A stretch of DNA of 64,000 bases from Erysipelothrix sp. (GCA_012841625.1 DUUI01000043.1:5151-69150); one strand, 5' to 3'; counted from the first letter of the stretch, positions 19,245 to 29,099 are shown. Numbers and translations: made by a program. The notes: generated by a model not told the origin, from the letters alone.

Positions 19245-19469
19245 ATGTTTCTAGATATCTTATTATTAATTGTTTCCGCTATGATGATTATCCTATCATT
19301 ACTACAAAGCGGTAAATCTGAAGGACTAAGTAGTGCTTTTACTGGTGGTAGTGGATCAAACTTATTTGCTCAAACAAAAGAACGTGGACCAGAAAAAGTA
19401 TTATCTCAAGTGACAATGGTCGTTGGGGTTGCCTACTTTGTGCTCGCGATTTTAACTCGACTTTTATAA
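19245..19469 (+). CDS. secG: Preprotein translocase subunit SecG
   Basis: 74 aa, two TM helices, central LLQSGKSEGLSSAFTGG motif. Conserved secG-rnr-smpB order. Confidence 0.85.
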   Translation: MFLDILLLIVSAMMIILSLLQSGKSEGLSSAFTGGSGSNLFAQTKERGPEKVLSQVTMVVGVAYFVLAILTRLL

Positions 19470-19492
19470 TTGACTAATTAAAAATCTAAGAG

Positions 19493-19517
19493 GAAGCTAT
19501 CTAAGCTTCTTTTTTTA
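19493..19517 (+). terminator. Terminator or attenuator after secG
   Basis: GAAGCT-atcta-AGCTTC followed by TTTTTTT. Confidence 0.6.
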
Positions 19518-19567
19518 TATCCATGAGCTAACTATGATAAAATTAAGAGTATAGAAAGGGGCTAATT

Positions 19568-21712
19568 ATGTTACCAGAGATAATTGAGTTTCTAAAACAA
19601 ATCAAGCACCAACAACAATGGACACAAGAGGATTGGATCAGAGAACTCCCTGTAGAAAATGTTGAAAAATTTAAAGAACAATTAGAAGAACTAAAACAAA
19701 AAGGAATCATTAAAACAAACAGCCTAGGCCAGCTTGTTCACAAGAAAGGTGAGTTTTATCTAGGTATTTTATCAATTGCCAGTAAAGATTTCGGATTTGT
19801 CGATATAGACAACCATGACGGAATCTACATCAATGCAAAAAATTTCAACGGTGCCATGGACGACGACGAAGTCTTTATCCATGTCTACCCATCAAGTGAC
19901 GGCCGAAGTGAAGGCGAAGTTCTAGAAATCTTAAGACGAGGCCAAACACATATCGTCGGAACACTTTACCAAGATAAAGATGAATTTGTCTTCAAAGCAT
20001 ACGACTCAAAATACACCAGCCCAATCACTTACACAAACCCACATAATCTTAAATTAAAATCAGGCCAAAGAGTTATTGGTATCATCACTCAATATGAGCC
20101 AATAGAAATAGAACTAGCAGAAATCCTAGGCCTACATAATGAACCGGGAGTAGATGTCCTAACCATCCTATACCAATATGATATACGACTAGGCTTTGAT
20201 GCTGAAGAATTAAAACAAGCCAAAGCCATTAAACAAGAAATCAGTGTCAGTGATTATCCAAACCGACGAGATTTAACGAATGAAATTATCTTCACCATTG
20301 ATGGCGAAGACACAAAAGATATAGATGACGCCATCAGTATCGAGAAAACAGATAAGGGCTATCGATTAGGAGTCCATATTGCGGATGTCAGTCACTATGT
20401 CACAGAAAATTCACCAATAGACATTCAAGCCAGAGAACGCGGAACATCAGTCTATGTCGTAGACAGAGTCGTACCAATGTTGCCAGTCGAATTAAGTAAT
20501 GGAATATGTTCCCTAAACCCTCATGTCAATCGACTAGCCATGTCAGTCTTTATTGATTTAGACGAATTTGGATCAATCGTTGAGTACGAGTTCTTTGAAT
20601 CAGTGATACAATCAAAACAACGACTCGATTACCGTGAAGTCAATCGATTCTTTGAAAATCCAAAAGACATGGTTTATATCCAAGAAAATATTAAAGAAAA
20701 GTTATTAACCATGAGAGAAGTCTCAGACTTATTACGGATGCAACGAGAAGCCTTGGGAGCCATTGAATTTGAAACCTCTGAAAGTGAATTCTTAGTGGAC
20801 GCCAACGGAAATGTACTGGATATAAAAGAGCGCGAAAGAGGACGTGGAGAAATGATGATTGAAGACTTTATGGTAGCAGCAAACCAAGCCGCCGCAAGTC
20901 TCTTTGATAACGGTAATATCCCAACTCTTTACCGTGTCCATGAAAAGCCGCCTCATTCCCGAATGCAATCATTATCAATGACTCTAAGAATACTAGGATA
21001 TCGTTTAAAAGGATCGCTAGAAAATATTTATCCAGCTGACATTCAACGAGTCTTATACCATTTTAGAAACGAACCAACCTTCCATGTTGTTAGTAATTTA
21101 GTCCTTAGATCAATGGCCAAAGCGAAATACCATCCAGAAAATTTAGGTCATTTTGGCCTAGGCTTAAAGAATTATTTACACTTTACATCACCAATACGTC
21201 GATATCCAGACCTAATTGTGCACCGTAATTTAAAGAAATATTTCTTAGATGGACACTTCGACAGAATGGATATAAGTGAAGATGAGTCACTCATGGTCGA
21301 ACTAGGCATTCTAACATCTAACAAAGAACGCAATGCTGAAGAAGCTGAACGTGATGTCGAAAAAATGAAAAAAGCTCAATACATGAAACAGTTTGTAGGC
21401 AAGAAATTTAAAGGTATTATTTCAGGCGTAACAAAGTTTGGACTCTTTGTTGAATTACCCAATACAGTCGAAGGGCTTGTCCATATATCAAGTATGAACG
21501 ATTATTACTATTATGATGAAGCCAAGATGCAACTCTATGGTAAGGGCAATAGAATGTCATTTAATTTAGGTCAAGAAGTAAAAATTCGCATCATATCAGT
21601 TGATGAAACTGAACATGAAATTAATTTTGAACTTCTAGATGACAAAAATGGAAAAGATAAAAATGGTGACGAAAAGAGAAGAAAACGTCGTAAAACAAAG
21701 AATAGAAAATGA
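19568..21712 (+). CDS. rnr: Ribonuclease R (RNB family 3'-5' exoribonuclease, C-terminal S1 domain and basic tail)
   Basis: The RNB motif is IFTIDGEDTKDIDDAISIE. A further motif is HFGLGLKNYLHFTSPIRRYPDLIVHR. The S1 domain contains GIISGVTKFGLFVEL. The C-terminus has a Lys/Arg tail. 714 aa. Confidence 0.92.
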   Translation: MLPEIIEFLKQIKHQQQWTQEDWIRELPVENVEKFKEQLEELKQKGIIKTNSLGQLVHKKGEFYLGILSIASKDFGFVDIDNHDGIYINAKNFNGAMDDDEVFIHVYPSSDGRSEGEVLEILRRGQTHIVGTLYQDKDEFVFKAYDSKYTSPITYTNPHNLKLKSGQRVIGIITQYEPIEIELAEILGLHNEPGVDVLTILYQYDIRLGFDAEELKQAKAIKQEISVSDYPNRRDLTNEIIFTIDGEDTKDIDDAISIEKTDKGYRLGVHIADVSHYVTENSPIDIQARERGTSVYVVDRVVPMLPVELSNGICSLNPHVNRLAMSVFIDLDEFGSIVEYEFFESVIQSKQRLDYREVNRFFENPKDMVYIQENIKEKLLTMREVSDLLRMQREALGAIEFETSESEFLVDANGNVLDIKERERGRGEMMIEDFMVAANQAAASLFDNGNIPTLYRVHEKPPHSRMQSLSMTLRILGYRLKGSLENIYPADIQRVLYHFRNEPTFHVVSNLVLRSMAKAKYHPENLGHFGLGLKNYLHFTSPIRRYPDLIVHRNLKKYFLDGHFDRMDISEDESLMVELGILTSNKERNAEEAERDVEKMKKAQYMKQFVGKKFKGIISGVTKFGLFVELPNTVEGLVHISSMNDYYYYDEAKMQLYGKGNRMSFNLGQEVKIRIISVDETEHEINFELLDDKNGKDKNGDEKRRKRRKTKNRK

Positions 21713-21725
21713 GAGTGAATAAAGA

Positions 21726-22181
21726 TTGAGTGAACAAATTAAAGTAATAGCCAACAATAGAAAAGCCCATCATGATTATTTCATCAACGATAAATATGAA
21801 TGTGGCATTGTTTTAACAGGAACAGAAATCAAAAGTATTCGACTAGGAAGAGTCAACTTAAAAGAATCATATGTCCAAATAAAAAACAATGAAGTCTTTA
21901 TTATTGGCATGCACATTGCGATATACGAGCAAGGGAATCAGTTTAATCATGATGAAACAAGAACAAGAAAATTATTGTTGCATCGTCATGAAATAAGAAA
22001 AATAGATAAGGAAGTCTCCCAAAAAGGAATGACCCTTGTTCCTTTAAGGTTATACATCAAAAATGGTAAAGCAAAAGTCGAAATTGGAGTCGCCAAAGGA
22101 AAGAAACTTTATGACAAACGAGAGACTGAGAAAGAAAGAGACATCCAGCGCGATTTGCAGAAAGAATACAAGTTACGATAA
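21726..22181 (+). CDS. smpB: SsrA-binding protein SmpB
   Basis: IANNRKAHHDYFI...GIVLTGTEIKSIR...LLLHRHEI motifs. TTG start. 151 aa. Confidence 0.92.
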   Translation: MSEQIKVIANNRKAHHDYFINDKYECGIVLTGTEIKSIRLGRVNLKESYVQIKNNEVFIIGMHIAIYEQGNQFNHDETRTRKLLLHRHEIRKIDKEVSQKGMTLVPLRLYIKNGKAKVEIGVAKGKKLYDKRETEKERDIQRDLQKEYKLR

Positions 22182-22193
22182 CAATAATTAAAA

Positions 22194-22224
22194 AAGACTG
22201 ATATTTGTTTCAGTCTTTATTTTG
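22194..22224 (+). terminator. Terminator after smpB
   Basis: AGACTGA (22195-22201) pairs with TCAGTCT (22210-22216), then TTTATTTT. Confidence 0.7.
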
Positions 22225-22268
22225 ATTAAAATTATTTCTTTTTCATAAAAAAAGTTTATTATTTAGAT

Positions 22269-23531
22269 ATGAAGAAGATTAGTAAAATTCTCGCCATTTT
22301 TCTCTTAGTCAGCTGTTCGAGCAGCCAGGAAGTTATAGAGACAAAGAGTTTTGATAATACTCAGGTTATAATCCAAGAGGATGATAATCTTTTAGTCACG
22401 CAAGAAGAAATCATCCAAGAAGCAGAACCTAAAGAAGTACAAGAAGTGTATCTAGTAACAAAAGATTTCTTTAACAACGAAACAGAAAGGGAGTTAATAA
22501 GAGAGGAAGTCATCACAGAAGGACAACCACAAATAAAGAAAGTTGGAACAAAAGAAATCAAGAGAATCACTATACTCATAATAGATAAAGAACTTGAAGT
22601 CATTTACCAAGAAGATCCAACCCTTGAATTTGAAGAAGAACAAGTTATAGAAGTAGGGGTCTTAGGAAGAAAAAGAGTCACAACTGAGGAAGTCTATATC
22701 AAAGGTGTCCTACAATCATCAACAGAAGTTAAAACAGACGAATTAACAAAAGCAGAACCAAGAATTATAAGTACCAATACTTTAGAACCTGAAACACCAC
22801 CAGCCCCACCAGCCCCACCAGGCCCACCAGGCCCTATTGTGGATGTGGATGACTATGACAACACTGACTTAAGTTGGTGGTACATCCCTGATTCACCAAA
22901 AGCTAGAATCTCAAATGAAGTTGCCAATCTTATAAGTGAGTTCAATGTTATATGGCAAGTACCAACCAGTGAAAACATTGTCTATCTTACTTTTGATGAG
23001 GGGTATGAATATGGCAATAATACAAGCTCAATTCTAGACACTCTAGCACAGAAAAATGTACTATCAACCTTCTTTGTGACAGGGTCCTATGTCGATAATA
23101 ATCCAGCACTAGTTGCGCGAATGATCAATGAAGGCCATCAAGTTGCCAACCATACAATCAATCATTATCGAGCCGCCCCAACAATCGCTGAAAGTAGACA
23201 AAAATATATCGATGATGTTAAAGACTTAGAACCAAAAGTTCCACAACTAGTTAAGCTACATCGACCTCCAGAAGGAGGATATTCCCAACAATCACTCGCC
23301 ATCCTAGATGAATTAGGGTATACAACCGTCTTTTGGAGCTTTGCCTACAGAGATTGGTTAACCGATAATCAACCTGACCCAAATGAAGCATTCAACACTA
23401 TTATTAATAATTTACATCCAGGAAGTATTTTACTACTCCATGCAGTAAGTGATACTAATACTGAAATACTCGGTGATGTTATTGATGAAATAAGAAACCA
23501 AGGCTATCAAATCAACCAATTACAACCATAA
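22269..23531 (+). CDS. Lipoprotein with G5-like repeats, a Pro-rich linker and a NodB-type polysaccharide deacetylase domain (PdaA-like)
   Basis: Lipobox LLVSC|SS. Linker PETPPAPPAPPGPPGP. NodB motifs VYLTFDEGYE, HQVANHTINH and LLLHAVS. Confidence 0.8.
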   Translation: MKKISKILAIFLLVSCSSSQEVIETKSFDNTQVIIQEDDNLLVTQEEIIQEAEPKEVQEVYLVTKDFFNNETERELIREEVITEGQPQIKKVGTKEIKRITILIIDKELEVIYQEDPTLEFEEEQVIEVGVLGRKRVTTEEVYIKGVLQSSTEVKTDELTKAEPRIISTNTLEPETPPAPPAPPGPPGPIVDVDDYDNTDLSWWYIPDSPKARISNEVANLISEFNVIWQVPTSENIVYLTFDEGYEYGNNTSSILDTLAQKNVLSTFFVTGSYVDNNPALVARMINEGHQVANHTINHYRAAPTIAESRQKYIDDVKDLEPKVPQLVKLHRPPEGGYSQQSLAILDELGYTTVFWSFAYRDWLTDNQPDPNEAFNTIINNLHPGSILLLHAVSDTNTEILGDVIDEIRNQGYQINQLQP

Positions 23532-23562
23532 GAAAAGGGGCTATAATCACATAGCCCCTTTA
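23531..23562. terminator. Bidirectional terminator between convergent genes
   Basis: GGGGCTAT (23537-23544) pairs with ATAGCCCC (23551-23558). TTTTCTT follows on the minus strand. Confidence 0.65.
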
Positions 23563-23592
23563 AATCCTCAGAAAATATTGGTTTATTATTTA

Positions 23593-25521
23593 TTACCAGC
23601 CGCCTGAGCCGCCTCCACCAAAGCCACCACCTGAGAAGCCGCCTCCGCCACCACCGAAGCTACCACCACCAAAGCCTCCGCCTCCTGAACCCTTAGGTGC
23701 AGGAACAGAAGTCATTGAGCGTTCAGTCCGATGCATCATGTTATTAAGGTTATTAGTATAATAAATTGGTGAGAACGTTGACCCAGTATATCCTTGTGGA
23801 GCAGGCATCGCAATACCTTCAAATTTCTTACTCCAGACATCTGAAATACCAAGTACATATGCATATGGTAAAACATCATAGAAGTAGGTCGGATTATCAT
23901 GAACTAAAAGTTCTAGTCTTTCCTTATCGGCCTCTTCAATAAAGGTTCTTAACCCTAAAATATTACCCAGTTTTTGTCGAGCATATTTTGTTCTTTGTCC
24001 CATATTAATCGTTGCGATGACTATAATGAAATACAACACAATCGCAATAAATGCTCTAAAATCAAGCGCACCAAAGATATGCATTAAGACAAAATAGATA
24101 GCCACGAAAATAGCCGTTGTAACAAGAGATAAGATGATATCAACAATCTTCTTGCCCTTAGACTGAATTGTGTAGTCCTTATACAGTAATGTTTGAATAA
24201 TCGCAAAGAACTCAGCAATAAAGAAAGTGATAACAGCCGCAAACAGTCCATAATTTGTAATGAAAAAGCGGTTATAAACAATCAGACCAACAAAAACAGC
24301 CATCAATAGACCAGCCAATATATGACTAAACACTTTAAAAGTATTAGATTTAGCATTCCATAAACGTCGATCTTTATTCTTAAAATAATGAGTTAAACCA
24401 GTCGTCGCAAATGAAACCTGATCATAAAACTTATTCTCTAATTCACTTGTTGTTACCTCAGTCCGATTTTTGAAAATATCATCAAAGAATCGTGCTTCAT
24501 AAGAAACAACATCCTCAGGCAACTCTTTTAACTTAGTCAATTTCATATTGTCTTCACTAACTTCTTCAATATGTAAATATCCCTTAGAAGCCCATTCAAC
24601 AATTAAAGATAAGACCTCTTTAGTAGACGCTCCATCATTATAAATATAACCAACCATAGCACTCGATAAATCCTTAGGTGCTTCATGCTCAATTGTAATA
24701 ACAATGTCTCCATCACGCCCGTGACGGATAAACCAATAAAAACTTACAAGGGCACCAATCCCCAAAGCACCAATCCCAACCATAGTATAGTCTGGTCGCT
24801 CTGGATAATTAAAATACCCAGGCTCAACATCAACCTGAGCAGTAATGCCCACACCTCTTGGTAAGCCATCGACGCTATGTCCCTTAATGACTTGGTTGTT
24901 TTCAAAAGTATAGTCAACATACTCATTATCTAAAGAATAGTAATATCCAGAATGTATGTATAGCGGATTAGTCACAGGCTTAGGAAGAGTTACCTCAAAA
25001 GTAACATTCTTGGTGTCTACCTCATGACCAGTTCCCACAATATTCCAGTAAAACATCTCTAAATCTTTATAGTCTAAATCATATGTCTGAACTTCATAGT
25101 AATACTCATATCTCATAGGTCCTGTTACATATATATCAGGATCCCCAAAGCGTAATCTTAAAACACCATTTTCAATGGTTGAAATATCTAAGTCTTCATT
25201 TGATTTATTCTGAATGTTACTAACCTTCCAATAATACGCTTTCTCAGTAGGATAATTGGTCTCAGGATCAGTAAAAGTCATCTCATACCTTTGAGGTAAA
25301 AAGACTTGAATCCCATGTAAACGATTATTGAACTGAGCATCAATTACAGTATTAATCTTTACTAACCCAGTTTCAGTCACATCAATTTTTACGTCCATAT
25401 TCTCATAGTAAAGAGAGACATAGTTATATCGATCTAAATCCCCAGTAGCCTGAGTCTGTACTTGACTAAAGCCAAAGAGAATCGCAATTAAAAGAAAGAG
25501 GGACGATAATTTTTTAATCAA
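23593..25521 (-). CDS. DUF2207-type membrane protein with signal peptide, extracytoplasmic N-domain, several TM helices and a Gly-rich C-terminal tail
   Basis: 642 aa. The architecture and the terminal PAPKGSGGGGFGGGSFGGGGGGFSGGGFGGGGSGGW are typical of DUF2207. Sits downstream of lemA. Confidence 0.7.
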   Translation of the reverse strand: MIKKLSSLFLLIAILFGFSQVQTQATGDLDRYNYVSLYYENMDVKIDVTETGLVKINTVIDAQFNNRLHGIQVFLPQRYEMTFTDPETNYPTEKAYYWKVSNIQNKSNEDLDISTIENGVLRLRFGDPDIYVTGPMRYEYYYEVQTYDLDYKDLEMFYWNIVGTGHEVDTKNVTFEVTLPKPVTNPLYIHSGYYYSLDNEYVDYTFENNQVIKGHSVDGLPRGVGITAQVDVEPGYFNYPERPDYTMVGIGALGIGALVSFYWFIRHGRDGDIVITIEHEAPKDLSSAMVGYIYNDGASTKEVLSLIVEWASKGYLHIEEVSEDNMKLTKLKELPEDVVSYEARFFDDIFKNRTEVTTSELENKFYDQVSFATTGLTHYFKNKDRRLWNAKSNTFKVFSHILAGLLMAVFVGLIVYNRFFITNYGLFAAVITFFIAEFFAIIQTLLYKDYTIQSKGKKIVDIILSLVTTAIFVAIYFVLMHIFGALDFRAFIAIVLYFIIVIATINMGQRTKYARQKLGNILGLRTFIEEADKERLELLVHDNPTYFYDVLPYAYVLGISDVWSKKFEGIAMPAPQGYTGSTFSPIYYTNNLNNMMHRTERSMTSVPAPKGSGGGGFGGGSFGGGGGGFSGGGFGGGGSGGW

Positions 25522-25535
25522 TGGGCAGGTCCTCC

Positions 25536-25565
25536 TTTTTTTAAAAAGGGATGCATGCCATCCCT
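25536..25565 (-). terminator. Internal terminator/attenuator between lemA and the DUF2207 gene
   Basis: The minus strand reads AGGGATG-gcatg-CATCCCT then TTTTTAAAAAAA. The AGGAGG RBS of the DUF2207 gene follows immediately. Confidence 0.55.
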
Positions 25566-25567
25566 AT

Positions 25568-26149
25568 TTATTCAAAACTTACTTCAGGTCTAGTGCGAGC
25601 TGCTTCTTCTGTAACAACAAATAATTCTGCAGGTTTAAATCCAGTTAATCCCGCAACAATATTACTTGGAATTGATTCAATCTTAATATTGTAATTTTTA
25701 ACAGTCGCATTGTAGAATTTACGGTAATTCGCAATTTCACCTTCAAGACCAGATAATTCAGTCATTAATTGTTGGAATTGAGTATCCGCTTTTAAATTAG
25801 GATATTGCTCAACAACAACCATTAAACGAGACAGAGCTGAATTTAATTCATTACTAGCTGCCATTTTTTCTTCTGGCGAATTAGCAGTCATGCCCAAGTT
25901 ACGAGCCCGAATAACGTTCTCCAAAGTTTCTTTTTCATGTGCTGCATAACCTTTAACAGTCGCAACTAAGTTTGGAATTAAATCAAAACGTTTTTGTAAA
26001 TACACATCCACAGTTGAGAAAGCCTCCTCAACAGCAGTACGTAAGCGAACGAGTGAGTTGTAAGTCATAATGAACCACAGTACTAGAACGACTAGGACCG
26101 CAACAACAATCATCCACCCTTGAATATTGAAATTAGATAATAACATCAT
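25568..26149 (-). CDS. lemA: LemA family protein
   Basis: N-terminal TM helix then YNSLVRLRTAVEEAFSTVDVYLQKRFDLIPNLV and YNATVKNYN motifs. 193 aa. Confidence 0.85.
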   Translation of the reverse strand: MMLLSNFNIQGWMIVVAVLVVLVLWFIMTYNSLVRLRTAVEEAFSTVDVYLQKRFDLIPNLVATVKGYAAHEKETLENVIRARNLGMTANSPEEKMAASNELNSALSRLMVVVEQYPNLKADTQFQQLMTELSGLEGEIANYRKFYNATVKNYNIKIESIPSNIVAGLTGFKPAELFVVTEEAARTRPEVSFE

Positions 26150-26204
26150 AAAGTTATCCTCCTATTAGTTTTATTATATCTATTTATCAGACATTTAACA
26201 ATTC

Positions 26205-26918
26205 TTACACTGTTATAAATTGGTTAATATAGGCTAAAAAATCATCATAAGTTCCAACATGATCAGCCTGATAGGCTCCATTCGACCTATCAATTAAGTG
26301 ATCAGTAATTAAATAGGTCTCAAAACCAAGCTCCTTAGACACTAAATCCTCCTGAGCATCATTACCAATCATAATTGAATTATGCGGATCAATTTTAAAC
26401 TTATCCACCATTTCCTCAAAGTATTTTACATTAGGCTTACAGTAATGATAGTCTTCATATGTTGTGATTTCCTCAAATAATTCAGGATCAAGACCAGCCC
26501 ACTTAACACGAGACACACTCGCCAACTTAGGAAACAAGGGATTTGTCGCAATCAGTAAACGATGTCCACTTTCCTTAAGCTTCTTCATAACATCATTAAG
26601 ACCCTCAACTGTTCGAGTATGTGCTCTGTTTTCTTGAAATTCTTCTTCATAGAAAACCTCAAAACGCTCATATAATTTAATCCCAGTATAATCAATCATA
26701 GAATCAAAAGTTTGCCAGAATGCTTGTTCATTCGTTCTAGAACCATCATTATTAACCATCGCCATTGTCCCAGCTAAGAACGCCCCTTGAGCTTTTTCTA
26801 AATCTAATTCCAATTCATTAAATATCTTAGCCACACCATTAAAATAGTTCTTCATAAAACTATTCATATCCAATGGTAATAAGGTTCCATCCAAATCAAA
26901 TAAAAATGTTTTGTGCAT
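26205..26918 (-). CDS. HAD-superfamily hydrolase
   Basis: FLFDLDGTLL (DxDGT motif I), LIATNP (motif II) and IGNDAQEDL (motif IV). 237 aa. Confidence 0.8.
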   Translation of the reverse strand: MHKTFLFDLDGTLLPLDMNSFMKNYFNGVAKIFNELELDLEKAQGAFLAGTMAMVNNDGSRTNEQAFWQTFDSMIDYTGIKLYERFEVFYEEEFQENRAHTRTVEGLNDVMKKLKESGHRLLIATNPLFPKLASVSRVKWAGLDPELFEEITTYEDYHYCKPNVKYFEEMVDKFKIDPHNSIMIGNDAQEDLVSKELGFETYLITDHLIDRSNGAYQADHVGTYDDFLAYINQFITV

Positions 26919-27082
26919 TGATTTCTCTCCTCCAACTACCTAATTTTAACACTTTAATAGTAATTTTTGGTTAATTATCATTGAAAATTTTTCAATACAA
27001 CTGAGAACTGTTGTAAATATGTTAGTTTAGATAAATTAGAATTCCCAACTAACCAATTAATCGTATCGAAGAAGATGCAAAA

Positions 27083-27727
27083 GTGTCTACCAAGAAAACA
27101 TTAAAACGATTTTCGCTAAGATATCTGTTCTTTCGCACTGATGAGATAAACATAAGGATGCTATCAAAGGCATCTTTTTGTTATACTAATGCTATGTTAA
27201 GAGAAGCGATAAAAAATGATAATGAAGGAAAAGAACCCATTTATCAATTTAATAAAAAATCTAAGATTTTAATCATAGGACAAGCTCCTGGGCCAAAAAC
27301 AGAAATCCCTTTTAGAGATAAAAGTGGTGATCGATTAAAAGAATGGTTAGGCGTCACTGAACAACAGTTTAGAACTGAGTTCTCTATTTTACCGATGGAC
27401 TTCTATTATCCAGGACCCGCCAAAACAGGTGATAAACCACCAAGAAAAGACTTTGCTGATAAATGGCATCCACAGTTTTTAAGTGAGATGAAAGAGTTAA
27501 AGCTTATCTTATTAATTGGAACGTATGCTCAAAAACACTACTTGAAAAAAGCAATGAAAAAGAACTTAACTCAAACTGTCAAAAATTATCAAGAATATTT
27601 ACCGTACTATTTTCCCTTAGTTCATCCATCACCATTAAACTTTCGATGGCTTAATCGAAATCCATGGTTTGAAAAAGAAGTCATACCAGAGCTACAAGCA
27701 ATGGTTAGAAAGATATTAGAGATATGA
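27083..27727 (+). CDS. Uracil-DNA glycosylase superfamily protein; start uncertain (ATG 27158 or 27194 are alternatives to GTG 27083)
   Basis: ILIIGQAPGP... and ...LVHPSPLNFRW are UDG-superfamily motifs A and B. No convincing RBS at any candidate start. Confidence 0.65.
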   Translation: MSTKKTLKRFSLRYLFFRTDEINIRMLSKASFCYTNAMLREAIKNDNEGKEPIYQFNKKSKILIIGQAPGPKTEIPFRDKSGDRLKEWLGVTEQQFRTEFSILPMDFYYPGPAKTGDKPPRKDFADKWHPQFLSEMKELKLILLIGTYAQKHYLKKAMKKNLTQTVKNYQEYLPYYFPLVHPSPLNFRWLNRNPWFEKEVIPELQAMVRKILEI

Positions 27728-28869
27728 AAATACTCGTGATAGGTGGTGGACCAGCAGGTTTAATGGCTGCTAAACAAGCATTCTTAAAAGGACATGATGT
27801 CTGTATTGTAGATTCTCAAGAAAAACTTGGCAAGAAACTATTAATGACGGGCAACACACGTTGTAATATAACAAACAATAAAGAACTAAATGAATTTATG
27901 AAACAATGCTCAAAATCAACTCGATTTCTTTATTCATCGCTCTCTGAATTTGGTCCAAAAGAAATCATTGAATTTTTCAATGAACACAACTGTCCATTAG
28001 TCCCAGAAGATTATGATCGAATGTTTCCACAAAGCCAAAAAGCCACCGATATTTTGAATGTACTATTAACAGAGTCAGTCAAAACTGAATTAAATACAAA
28101 AGTAGAAAGACTAAACATAAAAGATCATACAATCGAATCAATAACAACTAATAAAGGAGAGCTAACAGCAGACCATTATATCCTAGCAACTGGAGGTAAA
28201 AGTTTTCCAGTCTCAGGAAGTGATGGTAGTGGTTATAAATTATTACAATCTGTTGGTCACACCATCACTGACTTAGTTGGCATAGAAACAGGTCTACACT
28301 CTATCAATACGCGCCCTTTACAAGGACTCTCATTAAAAGATGTAACCATTAAAGTGAGGGTAAAAAACAAAGTAAAAACAACCGAAATAGGTGATGTATT
28401 ATTCACTCATTTTGGTTTAAGTGGCCCAGGAATTTTAAAGATAAGTGAAACAGTCGTTGAACATCTTAAACATCCTGTATCCATTACTCTATCGTTACAA
28501 CAAGTTGATTTATCAACAGGCAGTTTAACCAAAAAACTAAAAGCAATCTACCCAAATCGTTTTGTTGATGAACTATTAAAAGACTATGATGAAAAACCAT
28601 TAGAACAAACATCAAATTATGATAAGGAAATAATCAGAACGATATACCTAAATCCTACATATAAAATTACAGGGGTTCAACCAATAGAGAAAGCTTTTGT
28701 CACAAAAGGCGGTGTAGCAACAAAAGACATTGATCCTATAACGATGAAATCTAAACTAATTCACAATTTAAGTATCTGTGGTGAAGTCTTGGATTGTCAT
28801 GGATCAGTTGGTGGTTATAACCTTACCTTAGCCCTTAGTAGCGGGTATACTGCTGGTCGTAAAATATAA
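27724..28869 (+). CDS. HI0933/BaiN-like NAD(P)/FAD-dependent flavoprotein
   Basis: KILVIGGGPAGLMAA dinucleotide fold, TGNTRCNITN, and C-terminal CGEVLDCHGSVGGYNLTLALSSG. ATGA overlap with the upstream gene. Confidence 0.8.
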   Translation: MKILVIGGGPAGLMAAKQAFLKGHDVCIVDSQEKLGKKLLMTGNTRCNITNNKELNEFMKQCSKSTRFLYSSLSEFGPKEIIEFFNEHNCPLVPEDYDRMFPQSQKATDILNVLLTESVKTELNTKVERLNIKDHTIESITTNKGELTADHYILATGGKSFPVSGSDGSGYKLLQSVGHTITDLVGIETGLHSINTRPLQGLSLKDVTIKVRVKNKVKTTEIGDVLFTHFGLSGPGILKISETVVEHLKHPVSITLSLQQVDLSTGSLTKKLKAIYPNRFVDELLKDYDEKPLEQTSNYDKEIIRTIYLNPTYKITGVQPIEKAFVTKGGVATKDIDPITMKSKLIHNLSICGEVLDCHGSVGGYNLTLALSSGYTAGRKI

Positions 28870-28872
28870 GAA

Positions 28873-28899
28873 AACCCACCAAATGGTGGGTTGTTTTTA
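28873..28899 (+). terminator. Terminator after the flavoprotein gene
   Basis: AACCCACC-aaat-GGTGGGTT then GTTTTTAT. Confidence 0.75.
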
Positions 28900-28904
28900 T
28901 AGTA

Positions 28905-28992
28905 TGGCGGACAGTGTGAGATTTGAACTCACGGAAGCTTTCACTTCGCCACCTTTCCAAGATGGTGCCTTAAGCCGCTCGGCCAACTGTCC
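28905..28992 (-). tRNA. tRNA-Ser (anticodon GGA), class II with long variable arm, CCA encoded
   Basis: Reverse complement is GGACAGTTGGCCGAGCGGCTTAAGGCACCATCTTGGAAAGGTGGCGAAGTGAAAGCTTCCGTGAGTTCAAATCTCACACTGTCCGCCA. Anticodon stem CCATC/GGTGG, loop TTGGAAA. Confidence 0.9.
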
Positions 28993-29099
28993 AAAGCTTG
29001 TTCATTATAACAATCTTTATGGGTACTTTCAATTGTTACAATATTGTCATCAAACAAACTTCTTTGACCTGTTATAATAACCTTAAGGGAGATAAAACT

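Noticed and set aside
23596-23700. GC-rich repetitive stretch, and the PE hexanucleotide repeat at 53875-53916, considered as possible CRISPR or tandem-repeat loci.
   Set aside because: Both are in frame within long ORFs: the Gly-rich tail of DUF2207 and the Pro-Glu linker of DUF3048. Neither has a spacer structure. The window contains no CRISPR array.
26980-26996. Perfect 8-1-8 palindrome ATTGAAAA-T-TTTTCAAT.
   Set aside because: It consists purely of A/T in an AT-rich spacer, matches no known operator consensus, and has no nearby promoter I could define. It is mentioned only as context in another finding.
27138-27145. Hammerhead-ribozyme core CTGATGAG.
   Set aside because: No stem II / GAAA / stem III arrangement follows it. 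An isolated 8-mer like this is expected by chance.
28883-29077. A 64-aa ORF across tRNA-Ser and an 86-aa ORF (53918-54178) across tRNA-Val.
   Set aside because: Their sequence is explained by the tRNA genes and flanking terminators, and neither has an RBS.
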